A stretch of DNA of 64,000 nucleotides. Origin: the human T2T-CHM13v2.0 reference genome, Homo sapiens. The position numbers and the translations under genes are program-made. Numbering within the stretch: the stretch's first letter is position 1; each line of letters starts with the position of its first letter. Under the pieces are notes generated by a model. The model saw only the letters and a list, made by a program, of their open reading frames with translations, was not told where the DNA came from and ran no database searches. Below, one piece after another: positions 37,585 to 52,825 of the stretch. Location of the stretch: NCBI RefSeq assembly GCF_009914755.1, contig NC_060939.1; one strand, given 5' to 3'.

Positions 37585-39015
37585 TCAAACTGGTTTTAGC
37601 TTGACTGGCCCCCACATTTGAAACATCTGCACATGACTAGAAGTCTCAATCTGCTTAAATTTCAATACGTCAGAAAACTAAATCCACCTCTACTTTGTCT
37701 TCCACCTCTATGGTTAGTTCTTCATAGTGTTCAGAAAGTTCATTTAAAAATAAAGCTAAATTTAGGTCATTCATCTGCTTACAATCTAGGAACACATCCC
37801 AAAGTCTTCCACATCCAAACATACTCTACCCTATGGGGTCCTGCCTTCTCTGACTTCACATATTATTCTCCCTACAGCACACTGCATTCTAGCTCATGGC
37901 CTTCTCTCTGGTCGGAAATAAACCAAGCTTGTTTCTATCCCATGGACTGTGTGCTGAATCCTTCCTCTGACAGGAATGCTCTCCCGCCTTCTTCCACCCC
38001 CTTTTTTTTTCTTCTTGTATTTCATTCTCAGGTTAATGTCACCTTGCCAGGGAAAACTTCTCTCATCACTCTATCCAATGTCTCCATTTTCAGAATATAT
38101 ACTGAATTCAAATACTTCTTCTTCTCTCTACTGTCATTTAGCAACAAACTTCTTATCATTTCTTGCTTGGATTATTGCAATAATTTCAAAACTGGATTGC
38201 CTTCTTTCAGTCTTGCCCTGCTTCCACAGTTTATAAGTATAACGTCACTGTGATCCTTTTAAAACATCACCGTCTAATTCATGTCATTTTTCCTCTTGAT
38301 ATATTCCAAGTGTACCCCCTGTCACATAGAACAAACATCAAAATTCTTATATTATTCTCCAGGGGCCCGGGTGGCCTGACCCATGACTCTGACATCATCT
38401 CCTACCTACATCTCTTGCCTCTGCTCAATACCCTGAAACTAGATTCCTGGCTATTTTTCTCTTTTTTTTTTTTTACATTTTTTAAATTATACTTTAAGTT
38501 CTAGGGTACATGTGCACAACGTGCAGGTTTGTTACATATGTATACATGTGCCATGTTGGTGTGCTGCACCCATTAACTCGCCATTTACATTAGGTATATC
38601 TCCTAATGCTATCCCTCCTCCCTCCCAACTAACTTCTGCCTCAGGTATTTTGCATTCTTCCCTCGAATAGCTTCACTACCCATTCTCTCACTTTCCCCCA
38701 GTCTCTGCCCAAGAAAAAGCTTAGTGAGGGCTTCCTTGATCACCCTCTAAAACACTAATAATCACTCCAGTCCCTATGTCAACACTGCGAATCTCTCTTA
38801 CTATGCTTGGCTTTTTAACTTTGCACTGATCACTATCTGCCGTATTCTACATTTAGCAACTTATTTAATTACTATTTATTGTCTATCTTTCTGCAGCTAG
38901 AATATAAGCTCTATGAGGGCAAGGACTTTGAAGTTTTTGGTGCACTGTTCTCCCCCTGGTTTCTAGAACTGTGTCTAGTACTCCATAGGCACTCAAATAT
39001 TTGTTGAGTGAATAT
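37585..39015 (+). mobile_element. L2 fragments interrupted by an L1PA 3' end
   Basis: cttgcttggattattgcaataa...ctagaatataagctctatgagggcaaggacttt...cataggcactcaaatatttgttgagtgaat. Confidence 0.8.
38462..38627 (-). mobile_element. L1PA4/5-like extreme 3' end
   Basis: polyT-ttatactttaagttctagggtacatgtgcacaacgtgcaggtttgttac...ctaatgctatccctcc. Confidence 0.95.
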
Positions 39016-40707
39016 TGTATGATGGAGTCTTTTTCTCTTTACTAATCTAATCCTCCTCTAGTCATTCATTGCAACAACAAAACTTCCAGCTGAAAATATT
39101 CAAAATCTCGTGATAGTCTCTCCTCCTGTAATTGCCTTGAAGTCTTCTTAGCACCCAAGACCTTAGATTCCCTTCCCTTTACCACAACGTCATTGCAAAC
39201 ATTTCCTTAGTATTATTTCTGACTTATAATTCTAGGCCAGCTGGCCTTTACTACTAACTCATTCTGTTGCTATTACATGATTTTATGGACACCCATCAAT
39301 CCATCTTCTTGTGTACTGTTCGAGTATATTTCTAACCATGTGACTCCTTGGCTTGAGAACCTTAAATTACTCACTACTGAAGGCACTGCTTCTTAAATAT
39401 TTTATAGTAAAGTAGTAGCTTCTCCCCCAATTTACCTCAGATTGATATTTGTGTAAAACATAATTAAAAATAAATGAAAAATGGGAGCTACAAATGGAGT
39501 TCAAGTTTATTGTTAGATTTGGCAGATATAAAATTATACTTTAATTACTATACTCAGGATAAAATAATGGAAAACAAAAGAATTTGAATGGCTTTAGTCA
39601 CTGAAAATATAAGTACAGACAATATACAGAGAAAATCTTTATTGTACTCATAATTTTCTGTTGTTCTGTAATCAAAAATTAAAAAAAAACTAAAGAAAAT
39701 AGCTAATCCCCATATTGAATGCTTATAAGTATATTTTGAACCAATACTCATATATGTCCATGTGTAAATCATAATTGTGAAAAATTTGCTTGCTTTTGCT
39801 TGTTAACTCATGTAATCTATATTGAATTGTGGCAGCCCTACCTGTGGTTGATAATGTATACCTGAATTGTTTCCAAGTTTTTTTTCTAACAATACTCAAA
39901 GGAGAGAAAGCAATCTTACAGTATGTTATGAGACTAGAAGAGGAGATTTTAAAGCAAGCTCAGAAAATTCTTTTATTTTCTTTTATTCATACTGAAGCAA
40001 ATAATGGTATATTATAAAATTTTATTTTTAATTCTTCATTGGTAGCAAGTTCCAATCTTCTAATGTCCTACATAAATCTGAGTTTTGATTGAAAAGATGA
40101 AGCTTGTATCCCTAAATTTCCTATGTGTCATTCAACTTTTGATAGAAAGTAAAAATTTTAAACTGTCCACCAACTTGTAGTTTGTACTATTATGACCTTT
40201 TATAAATGTGCAAGATCAAGACCATCAACTTTTTATTAAAAATCATTGTTAAATTATGAAATATGTTAAAACAATCTGTAGAAACTCTGTTCTTACAAGG
40301 TTCTAATATTTGCTTTTGCCCTTCAATTTTACCTTCTATTTGCGTGGGAACATTACTATTAATTTAAAATACCAAAGATATGACAGAAACAAGCAGGTCT
40401 GGTTGTCCAATTAGCATCTTTTAAAAAGTTGGGTCCAAACTGGTGACTTCTCTTACAGAAACACTAATAATTAATCTTCCAGTTTAGACTTTTGAAACAA
40501 AGATTTTTCTCTTCAAAATCTGTACCTCAGCAAAAAAATCATTGTTCATGATCAGTTTCCATATTATCCCATAAAATGAAAACACTTTGAAATGCAATAC
40601 ACTAGGCTTTGTGTAATTCACAATTTTTACCAAGTTACTAAGTCACTGTTTAGTTCAGCTGACATCGTTTTTCATATCAAAACATTCTCAGTGAAGGAAG
40701 CAGTTTA

Positions 40708-41103
<396 letters not shown>

Positions 41104-41282
41104 TCATATACAAAATAGGCATGTAACCACATTTACTGATATGAATCATGAGCTTGGACATTGAGGCAATATGAACTTACTGTAAAACTTTATGAATAAT
41201 TATTTTCATTGGCTACTACTTATTTAATCAGAGACTGTTGACCTGGAGTCCAGTTTGCACACACTTGGAGCAGCACTGTTCT

Positions 41283-41738
41283 CGGCACTATTCACAATAG
41301 CAAAGACTTGGAACAAACCCAAATGTCCAACAATGATAGACCGGATTAAGATAATGTGGCACATATACACCATGGAATACTATGAGGCCATAAAAAACGA
41401 TGAGTTCATGTCCTTTGTAGGGACATGGATGAAGCTGGAAACCATCATTCTCAGCAAACTATGGCAAGGACAAAAAACCAAACACCTCATGTTCTCACTT
41501 ATAGGTGGGAATTGAACAATGAGAACACATAGACACAGGAAGGGGAACATCACAAACTGGGGCCTGTTGTGGGGTAGGGGGATGGGGGAGGGATAGCATC
41601 AGGAGATATACCTAATGTTAAATGACGAGTTAATGGGTGCAGCACACCAACATGGCACATGTATACATACATAACTAACCTGCACGTTGTGCACATGTAC
41701 CCTAAAACTTAAAGTATAATAATAAAAAATTTAAAAAA
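41283..41738 (+). mobile_element. L1PA4-like 3' end
   Basis: ORF ALFTIAKTWNKPKCPTMIDRIKIMWHIYTMEYY...WMKLETIILSKL...MFSLIGGN is the L1 ORF2 C-terminus; 3' UTR and A-tail follow. Confidence 0.95.
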
Positions 41739-41744
41739 GGCCAA

Positions 41745-43450
41745 TTTTGGACCTTCTCTTTTTTCTCACCCAAATACCTTTTCTCCCTCCCTATTCACTC
41801 TTTAGTACCTTGCTTCGTGTTTCACCAGGAAAACTGAAACGACAGAAGATAATTTCCGTCTTCCACTATGACATGCACCATTTATCAGTGTCAGCCTCCG
41901 TGCTCTCACACTTGGCTTGTTACTCTCACCCAAGACAATCCCTGCACTAGCACTCTAGATACCATCCCCTCTTGCCTACTCAAGAACGTCCCCCCAGCAA
42001 TTCTCCCCTCTGTCCTACTCCAAATTTTTGCTCTCTATTGGATTTTTTCACATCATATAGAATCTGTTATTTCTCTCATTTGAAAGATCACACACACACA
42101 AACATACGCTTATGTCCTTGTCTTCACTTCTTCCTCCAATATTGGCTTCATTTATTTGCTTCTCTTCACAGTAAAAGTGCTTAGAAGAGTTGTCTATATG
42201 CATCGCCTTCCATCAATCTCTTGCTACTCTCTTTGAAGACTCTCCAACCAGGCTTTTCACTGCACATCTCCAGAAGAACTGCTCTCACCAAGTTCACCAA
42301 TGACCGTCATACTGCTAGATTCAGTAGACATTTCTCAGACTTCATCTACTTGGAGGCCCAATTTGCATTATTATTTTTTTGATATGCTTTTCTGTTCATT
42401 CTCACTCCCTTGGTTGTCTCGTTCTGGTTCAATGTTTTAATACTCCCTTGTATGTCGATGACTTGTGTTGTTACACCTTGTGTTGTTATCCCTACCCTAC
42501 TTGCCGCCCCACTATAATGTCTAACTATAATGTCTAACACCCAGACCTGGTATCAGAGTATTGCAACACCATTCATCCTATTGCTCAGGTCAAAAGTTTC
42601 CTTTAGATCTTTTTTCTCATATTCCACATCCAATTCCTCAGCAAATTCTGGGTGTTTTGTGTATAAAGATATCCAGAAAGTATATGTGGATGTACATTCT
42701 CACCACTTCTGCCTCAACCATGATGATTCTCACCACATCGACCTCTCACCACATTCTCACCACATTCATCGACCTCAACCATGATGACTGCTCACTTGGG
42801 TTACCACAACAACATCCTAAGGTACAACCTCCATGTTTGTACCTTTGCTCTCCTCTGCAGCCCATTATCAATATACATTCAAAATGATTCTTTAAAAATA
42901 CAAACCAGTTCATATTACTCCTCTTTCCAAAACCCTCAAATATCCCCTTATTTCACTCAGAGTAAAATTCTTGGACCTTAAAATAGATCTCTGCACTGTC
43001 TCTTACCTCCCTGACCATGTATTTTCCTTCTCCTCCCCTCAGGTCTCAAGCCCTTGCAGCCTCACCAACCACATACCAGCCATGTCCTCTCTTTGGATAA
43101 TTTTCTGTTTCCTCCTCCTGAAATGCTTCTCCTTCAAATTGTTGTTGTTGTGTTAATTCTTTTGCTTTCTTCAAGTCTTACCTCAAATATTATCTTCTTA
43201 ACAAAGCTATTTCGACCAACTGATTAAATATTGCAACTTCTCCTTCCTTCCCAGGCATCCTACTCACAGTTACTATATAAATGTGTATATTTATTATATT
43301 TATTATTTATTGTTTGTCTTCACCCAAATAGAATGTAAACTCCCCCAGGGCAAGGATTCTTTCTCTTTTCATTCTGTGACAAATTTCAAGTGCCTAAAAT
43401 AGGGTCTGTTACATAGTAGAACTCCATGAATATCAGTCGGATTAATAAAG
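41745..43450 (+). mobile_element. L2 (L2a-like) long fragment
   Basis: tctccaaccaggcttttcac...gaactgctctcaccaagttcaccaatgac...tagaatgtaaactcccccagggcaagga...acatagtagaactccatgaatatcagtcggattaat. Confidence 0.8.
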
Positions 43451-43479
43451 GAACTAATGATGGAGAAGTTATTTCCTTA

Positions 43480-43630
43480 CATGAAACTTATACTTGAAAG
43501 GGTCCATGAATTCTCAGAAAAATAATTGAAAGGACCAACAAATTCTTAGAAAAATAAATAGGACAAGACCACACCTAAGATATTAATTGTGAGATTTAAG
43601 AACACAAGGGATAATGAGAAAAACATAATT
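43480..43630 (+). mobile_element. Ancient L1 ORF1/HAL1-like fragment
   Basis: cttgaaagggtcca...agaccacacctaagatattaattgtgagatttaagaacacaagggataatgagaaaa. Confidence 0.5.
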
Positions 43631-44809
43631 TACCTATGGTTAATTGGATGCCATGGAGAATGGAAAGCTTATCAACCTTGGCAATGTTAAAGTAAAAATA
43701 AGAGCATAGATTCTCAGAGGTGAAGGGGCATGGCAAGGGAAAGGTATGAGTTACAAATTAGGGAGTCAAGAAGATAGTAAATAGGGAAAATATAACAGGT
43801 AATGAATAAATAAATAAGGCCCAAATACAGCCTATCAATAAATAGTCACTAAAAATATAATTTAAATATATAGCCATGACCTCTGAAAGAACTAACATGG
43901 TAAATGACAAGAAAAAGGGCTGCCTTTTGGGGACAGCATCAGGGATGAACCAGCGCTGCCTCATTTTAGACATAGGGACTGATAGGAGCTTTTAAGAGCT
44001 GTTGTGCATTTGAACTACCCCTTTAATAGCAGCCGTTATATGAAAGGGGCCTTTGGCACTGCTAGAACCAAAAGAAATGTGAAACTCCTTGACTTGCAAG
44101 ACTTTCTCTACAATATAATTTAATCACATACCTTAACATACATTTTGTAAATTAGGTTTAACACTATATAATAATTCTTTGAATTACAGGCATTATTCCC
44201 TCTTGAGTACATACATCAGTCATTAGCCTCTTCTTTAGCCCCTCTAGAATTATGGGGTGTTAACTATCATCCAAGACATATATTTTACCTCACAGGACTA
44301 GGCTCCATTACTGGAATCACCTAGGTGCTTGATAAATGTGTTCCACAAATTAATTTTTTTAATGTCCCATGTTTTTTTTTTTTCAAAATTCTCAAAAATT
44401 TTCTCTAATTCCTCTATAAAAAAATACACACATGAATATGCATGCATGTGTGCAATCATGTCTCTTATCTTCTCTCCAGCTACACTATCAACCCCATACC
44501 TGGGACACCTTCATTTTTATAAGCTGTCTTGCATATAATGCAAGTTGGTAAATATCTGATTACCAAAGGCGTTACGTGAAGTTGATAAATATCTGTTAAG
44601 TGAACGGATGATAAATAAATCGGTTGTGTCAGTACCTGACAGTGGACCATTTTCTATGGTTTCTGTTGATAGAAATGTTTATTTGCCTAATGGAGACTGC
44701 AAGTGACAAAGGACAATTCCATTTTGATTTAGAAAGTCCATGTTCATAAATTTGAAAAAATGAAATAACCAGGACAGACTTCAGAATAATTTTGCCATAA
44801 TGATAATAA

Positions 44810-45065
44810 CAATGATAATGGTAATGACAACAATAGCTCCCCATTAGCAAGCAAGCATATACTCTGTGTTAGGCATGGTTCTGAGCTCTGTCATTCAAAT
44901 CTAACTAATCCATTCAACTCTCACCATCATCTTATGAGGCAGTGAATATTACTGAATGGTCTTCCTCACATTACAAAGGGGGAAGATGTTAAGAAGCTTG
45001 ACCAAAGTCCCCTAGCTCTGATATGGCAGAGCTACACATTGACTCCAGGCAATCTGACCACACTG
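44810..45065 (-). mobile_element. MIR
   Basis: tactctgtgttaggcatggttctgagc...ctcaccatcatcttatgagg...cttgaccaaagtcccctagct...tggcagagct. Confidence 0.75.
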
Positions 45066-45829
45066 AGTGAAATATCAGGCTTTACATAAAATAATCCTGG
45101 GAAACTTGTCCTTTTCTTAGCAGATTAATCCTTTATTTTGGACATGTGCATGCTAGGAACTTCCAAATTAATATATCTAATTAAGCTACTCTTTAATAGG
45201 AACCTCTAATTGAAAAGGTCCTTTCGCTCTACTGTGACGAATGGAAGTGTGGGTCTGTGGAACTCCAGAAAACAGAGAGCCCCACTCAAAAGCATGATGT
45301 TAAGCCCTACTGAGAAAACTACCAGCCCTTAGTGTCAGGGGAATCAACATCATCTTCTACACTCCCTGCAAAATGTGATTTTGAAGAGTCTGCTAACATA
45401 TTTTTCGCAACACCACAATCCCCATTAATAGAATATTGAAATACCTATTATATACATCTATCTATGATTTTTCTATTAAGATTATCATCTAAAAATCTAC
45501 CCAAATTACTAGTCAGTGCCTCAAAATTCAGAAATATCTTGCAAAAAATATTAATGGTAAACAAAGAAATAAACCCTATTGGGATAAATAATAAACTCAA
45601 ATAACTGATGGTTCAAAAAATGTTTCTACATATCCTGTACAATAAAACATATGCTGAAGGATTCAAACACAATCAGAATCCAGTCAATTCAGTGAGAAGA
45701 AAAATCAGTTGACAGAGTAAGAGACCCATGAACATATCCAGGTAAAATCATGACATTCAAATGTTAGAAATATTTTTATTTTAATTGTATCTTTTTTCTT
45801 TTCTTTTTCCTTCTTCCATTTTCTTATGA

Positions 45830-47185
<1,356 letters not shown>

Positions 47186-47788
47186 AGCAATATTAAGGGT
47201 CTTTTTATACCTAATGATTCATTACAAGATTACTCAAATCTACAGTCGTGTTCTTGAGCATGAGTTATCTGGTGGCACAGGCCTTCTCAGAGGCCATAAA
47301 TGTCCATTAACCACTAAACATCAACATTATGATCATTTATGTAAAGTGTCAGAAGTCCATGTTAGTGAAACAGAAGCAAATTCTCTTTTCTTAGTCATAC
47401 AGTGCAAGTGTTTGTTGAATATCTGGTAGTCTAGGGCTCGTGTGTACTTCCCTTTGAGTTACTGCAGGTGATAGAAACCCTACCTCCCTGTCAGCTCTCA
47501 GAACAAATCACCCCAAATTATCCTCATCATTATTTCCATAGCTAGTATGAGAAAATGAGTATAAGAAATAAAAATCTAAACATTTCCTTAAGAAAGGTAG
47601 AAACCTCATTAACATCTTCATTTATTTTCCTCATTAACATTGTTTAAGCACCCATCTTTTTTGGAGGTTGAAAAGAGTTAAGATTAGGGCCTTCTAACAT
47701 GCTAAATGACACAATGCGTGATCATTTTTTTCCGAAAATCAAGAATTTGTTTGTAAGTAAACTGGAACAGGCGACATACATATATTTC

Positions 47789-47824
47789 CTACACTTGATC
47801 TTAGCCAAAATAGCGAGAAGCAAT
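47789..47824 (-). pseudogene. U2 snRNA processed pseudogene, nt 1-36 only
   Basis: Reverse complement attgcttctcgctattttggctaagatcaagtgtag vs U2 ATCGCTTCTCGGCCTTTTGGCTAAGATCAAGTGTAG; flanked by a degenerate TSD (acatacatatatttc / acatacgtatttc). Confidence 0.92.
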
Positions 47825-48564
47825 CACACATACGTATTTCCCAAATAAATGTTTACCTCACTGCAAGCCAAAGGTCATAGAAGGTTTGTTTGACATTTCA
47901 AAACTAAGCTTAGTTTTATGCACAGTGAGTTCCTATCTATATCAAACACAAATAAATTTCCAGAAAGTGCTTTAAGCATTTTAATAAAAATAATCAAAGA
48001 ATGGCTCAGAGGTATTAAACACTATTTTGGAGTCTTTCTTAGCAATCATGTTGCTAGATACACACATTTTAACAAATATTTAATACAGTTTTTAAAATAC
48101 TACCTCTCATTGTAGAGAAAAGATATTTCTGAAGCTTGTTCCTGTATAGCTGTGGATAGCAGAGTTCTAGAGATAGATGCATATACAGTAAGGCTGGAGA
48201 ACAAGGACTAGGAGTAAGAAACCCTTTCTTCCAGTCCAATTAACCAGCACCTGGCTGCTGAAGCTAGAGCCCCAGCTCTCCTTTGGAGCACTCAGGCCAC
48301 TTCCTTCCCGCTCAAGACAGGTCAGTGGCCCTGAATCACACAATTTGAGAAGATGATTTATAGCTGCAGCTACTTGACTCTCTGACTTTTTTTGGGGGGA
48401 CAACTGGCCAAGTCTGCCATTTTTTACTCATCATTGTAAAAACGGACAACCATGGTGCAGTTGCTTTTGTGTATTGGGAGACCAGTACAGAAATTAATCT
48501 GAGGTACGACAGGGCATCTTTACCAGTGAAAAACAATACAGGGCGAGGGTGTCCGCACACTTAC

Positions 48565-48627
48565 ATTTAAGGGAGCATATCGTAGTGCAAATTGGGTCAT
48601 CGCAGGAAATATAAAAGCATTATTCCT
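48565..48627 (-). other. Candidate 63-nt internal exon (unverified)
   Basis: Minus strand ttttttttcaaatctcAG|aggaat...ttaaat|GTAAGT; one open frame RNNAFIFPAMTQFALRYAPLN. Confidence 0.3.
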
Positions 48628-49994
48628 CTGAGATTTGAAAAAAAAATGTAATTACTTCTTCCACCAAGCATGATTCTTTTCAATAACCTTCATTTTTGTC
48701 CCCTGGAAATGAAAAGAGGTTTCTGTTAAAAAGGCATTTCCTCTGACTCTGTGTCCTTGAGCTGCACAAAATGTAAACCATTCCCTCCCTCCTTCTTTTG
48801 AAGAAAAAGGGGGCTTCAATCTTTCCTTCTGAACACGGTCCATTTAAATAAGGAGATGGAGTCCCATCTTTTCCATCAGCCCCATTGTTTGACTTGTCAG
48901 TAATAACACTTGAGCTGAAATTGTACAGGCGTCCCGCTAATTTAGTAATTATTGACATGGTGCTGAGCAGGAAATGATAGCAAACAGAAGGAATGGTTAA
49001 GGAGAAATGAAATAAAAGATGTTCATATCATTGTTGAATAATGGTTGAGATCATTTTGTGTTTTAAGTAGGCCCAAGACACCTTTTCCCATTTTCCTGAC
49101 ACATTTATAATTTATGCTTTGTAATAGTTCCAAATATTTTTAGGACACTGGACTTTGTTTGAGAATCTTACCGGACTGAATGAGAGTCACGCCACACACA
49201 CACAGAGGAGTGGGCGAGGTGACCTGCTGCAGCCTCCCATTTAGAAGACAGCCCCTTTCTCTCTGGCCTGCCTCTCCTTGTTTTGAAATTTACATTTCTA
49301 TTTATTGTGTCTCAGCTCTAGCTAAGATTTCTGCTGCCAGGCTAGGCAATGTGACCCATGCGGTTACAGGTGTAGATAGTGTTCATGTGTGTATTTATTT
49401 TCAAATCTGGAGGCTCTGCTTAGTCATAAGAATTTCTCTAGTAATAAACATAGATTATCCGGCTCATTTAAAGAAAGTTGCATATTTGTGCATTATTCTA
49501 ACTGTGCTAGAGCAAAGGACATGTGTGTATGTATCATGTGCATATGTGATGATAAACACTGAAAAAGTTGAGGCAGGACTATACAAATTTGGAAATCATT
49601 TGCTGGGAGAATATAAATACTGGCTCTGTGAAAATACAGTGCATCTTTTTCTAATTCAGATATTACAGAATAAGAATGACACTTTTTGTATGAGGTCACC
49701 CTGTAGTATGGCATTTACCATTAGGTACTGATTACCTATCAGAACATAATTAGTCAATGCTAGCAAACAAAAGATTAATGTGACAAATATGTGACAACAA
49801 AGTACTACAGCTGCACAGTATTATATTTTCTTTAAAAACAACTGAAAAACATTTATTTTAAAACATAGTAATATCAACTTTTAGGGCTACAGATATACAG
49901 TCTGATCCAAATATGGAAGACAAATAGGCATAATATAAAGCATGGGAAAGAAAGAAACCTCAATGTGTTAGAGGGCTGGGATGTGGGAAATTGT

Positions 49995-50270
49995 GATGAC
50001 AATGACAATGGTAATGCTTATCCTAAGAGCATCACCCCTAGATGGGCTGATCACTCTTATGTGCCAGGTGCCATCTGCAGCACTTTGCATGGAGTAACTT
50101 ATTCATTTCTCCCAAGAAAACATGGTATTCACATTATAACAAGGAGTAAACTGAAGCTCAGAGGGGAGGTCCGCCATGTTATCCAAAGTCTTGATTATGG
50201 CTCTAGTCATTATTGGCTCTTTTCCTTTCTGATTCCTGAGGCAGAGCTCTAAAACACTACACTACATCAC
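49995..50270 (-). mobile_element. MIR
   Basis: tatgtgccaggtgccatctgcagcactttgcatgg...gagtaaactgaagctcagagggg. Confidence 0.7.
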
Positions 50271-50496
50271 TCCTTTGAATTTTCTTTTCTTCTTCCTTTT
50301 CCTGTTTTTCTGTGGTTCAAATTATTTGTATAAAATTAAGCAAAACAGAGACAATTTTTTAAAAGACTCAGCTGAAGCATGAATTTAGACAATAGGTCAC
50401 ATTGTGTTTTACAGGTACACCCTATTGCCTAGTCCCCTATATTAATGGTACCATTCTCTTCTCTAGCCATTACCTTTTTTTAAAGAAAAACCTCCA

Positions 50497-50822
<326 letters not shown>

Positions 50823-51054
50823 ACTCCATTGTCTAAATATGGTAATATTGGAGCAATAGTTTAAGTGACACAGTGTAAAATCACTGAAGATGTGCCGAAA
50901 AGCCATACAAAAAAGATTTACTGATCATGTAAACGAGAATACCTCCTCAACAGAAACAAGTTACTTAGCTAAATACTCTTTTGAAAGAATCACATAATGT
51001 CTGTACACAGGTAATCTTAAAATGTTCATATTCAGTCCAAAAAATATACACTTA

Positions 51055-51209
51055 AGCCAGGTGGCACCTGCATGTAGTCCAAGCTCCTTGGGAAGCTGAG
51101 GCTAGAGGATTGCTTGAGCCAGGTGTTTGAGTCTGTAGTGCACCATGATCGTGCCTGTGAATAGCAACTCCAGCCTGGGCAGCATGATGCAACCGAGTCT
51201 CAAAAAAAA
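51055..51209 (+). mobile_element. FAM (fossil Alu monomer)
   Basis: Monomeric, with the 7SL-like segment tgtagtgcaccatgatcgtgcctgtgaatagc; TSD-like ...actta on both sides. Confidence 0.85.
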
Positions 51210-51472
51210 TACTTATAAAATTCCTTTGTAGTTGTGTTACAAAATAAGTTGTTTTCATAATGCTCTGTTGAGTTGTTAGGCAATGCAGAGTCAGCCCAGA
51301 GGAAAGTGCTCTTGCTTTCATTTGTCTCTACTGCTAAGAAGAAAACTTTCTCAGCTTTAAAATTCTACTGATTAGGGCTATCCAAGCTATTCCAACATTT
51401 CTACCTTTCTCCAGGAAGTGTAGTATATACTTTGGTCAAACGAGATAAAAATTGTTTGATGTCATTACATGA

Positions 51473-51475
51473 ACA

Positions 51476-51516
<41 letters not shown>

Positions 51517-51630
51517 TCATATATATATATACTCATATATATACATATATTCATATACATACATATATTCATATATATACTCATATATATATATACATAT
51601 ATACTCATATATATATACATATATATGTAT
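51473..51630. repeat. (TA)n compound microsatellite
   Basis: Read directly. Confidence 0.95.
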
Positions 51631-52469
51631 CAACCAGAGCTAAAACTCTATAGATATATGGACCAGTTATAGCTCTGAATATGTGCACATTACCCATGGG
51701 ATTCCATGACATTTTGTGCAGATTGCAAGGTGCACATGCCCTGTGGATGCCTGTCATATGCATGAATTATGAACAGAAATCATACTTTATGTCATCCAAC
51801 TTTATACCTACAAAACCTAGCATTGTGATATTGGCTCCCGACAGCCCCTCCTACATTGGAAGCTTCTGAAGGACAAAGATCACATTCCTTGTGTGAATAT
51901 ATGACAAAATAACACCTTCATTTGGAAGGAGAAGGAGACTTATTATTGGGAATGAGAAGGAATTTGAGGATGACAGCAGTAGTGGTCCATTTACAATTTT
52001 GGCACATGCAGGTTTAACTCAGAATTCACCTTAAGAAGTTAAACACATTCCTATAAGCTTGCAGTGATATCTTTGACTTCACAAAGTCTTACACATTAGA
52101 GCTGTGAAAGTCTGGTTTCTGCTGGAAGCTCATAACAGCAGGGACATGCAGTGCTCCCCACTGTTTCTACTGCAACTCCACCCAGGATTCACTCTCCCAC
52201 CCTGTGGTACTTATATTATCCTCTGACAGGTGAGGCCCACAGCTGTGACTAGACACAATGACCAGAGCTGGTTAGGTCAAGTGTGAACAAGCAACTGCAG
52301 CTGAGGCATCGGCTGGTCGGAAACCTATTGCCTGCCAGGCCTAAAATAAAACTATGAGCTGGTCAATTATATCAGTGGGAGTGGGGAATAGATGGGTTGG
52401 AGGAATAATGGCAGGTGGCAGAAAGAAACTGGGTTATAAAGTTCAGGATCATGTGCAGAAGTTCACTTT

Positions 52470-52825
52470 GGACAGGATGCAATAACTAACTGATGAAAAC
52501 TTTTAATGCCTCAAAGACAAGTTTATGGTCACTTGTGTGGCAGTCTAATTAGATGCTTCTAGTTCATGGGTAGCTTTCCTCCATCAGTGGCTCAGGGACC
52601 CAGGATCCTTCCCGTTTGTGGCTGTACTATCCCCGAGCGCATTTGTGGCTTGGCCATCCACTAGCATGAGGGTTCCACTTCTTACAAACCTGGGCTCTGA
52701 AGCTGCTACTTCTTTTCAGATACCATTGACCAAAACACATCATGGGACCACCCTTCATAGCAAGGCAAGCCTGGAAATTAGTAGGGCTGCCTGTGTGGAA
52801 AGACAGATTTTTGGTGACCTGCTAC
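52470..52825 (-). mobile_element. MLT1J-like MaLR LTR, possibly nested in an older LTR spanning ~52100-53035
   Basis: cagtggctcagggacccaggatccttcc...ttcagataccattgaccaaaacacatcatgggaccac...gcaaggcaagcctggaaatt. Confidence 0.6.

Noticed and set aside
37618-38253. Longest ORF (211 aa)
   Set aside because: Non-ATG start, lies in pyrimidine-rich decayed L2, L/S/F/P-biased with no domain
42694-42787. CRISPR-like repeat-spacer array
   Set aside because: Eukaryotic context, irregular spacing, spacers are copies of each other, no cas genes
49180-49731. 183-aa ORF
   Set aside because: No recognisable motif; its 5' end appears to overlap a decayed MER103-like MITE; compatible with chance
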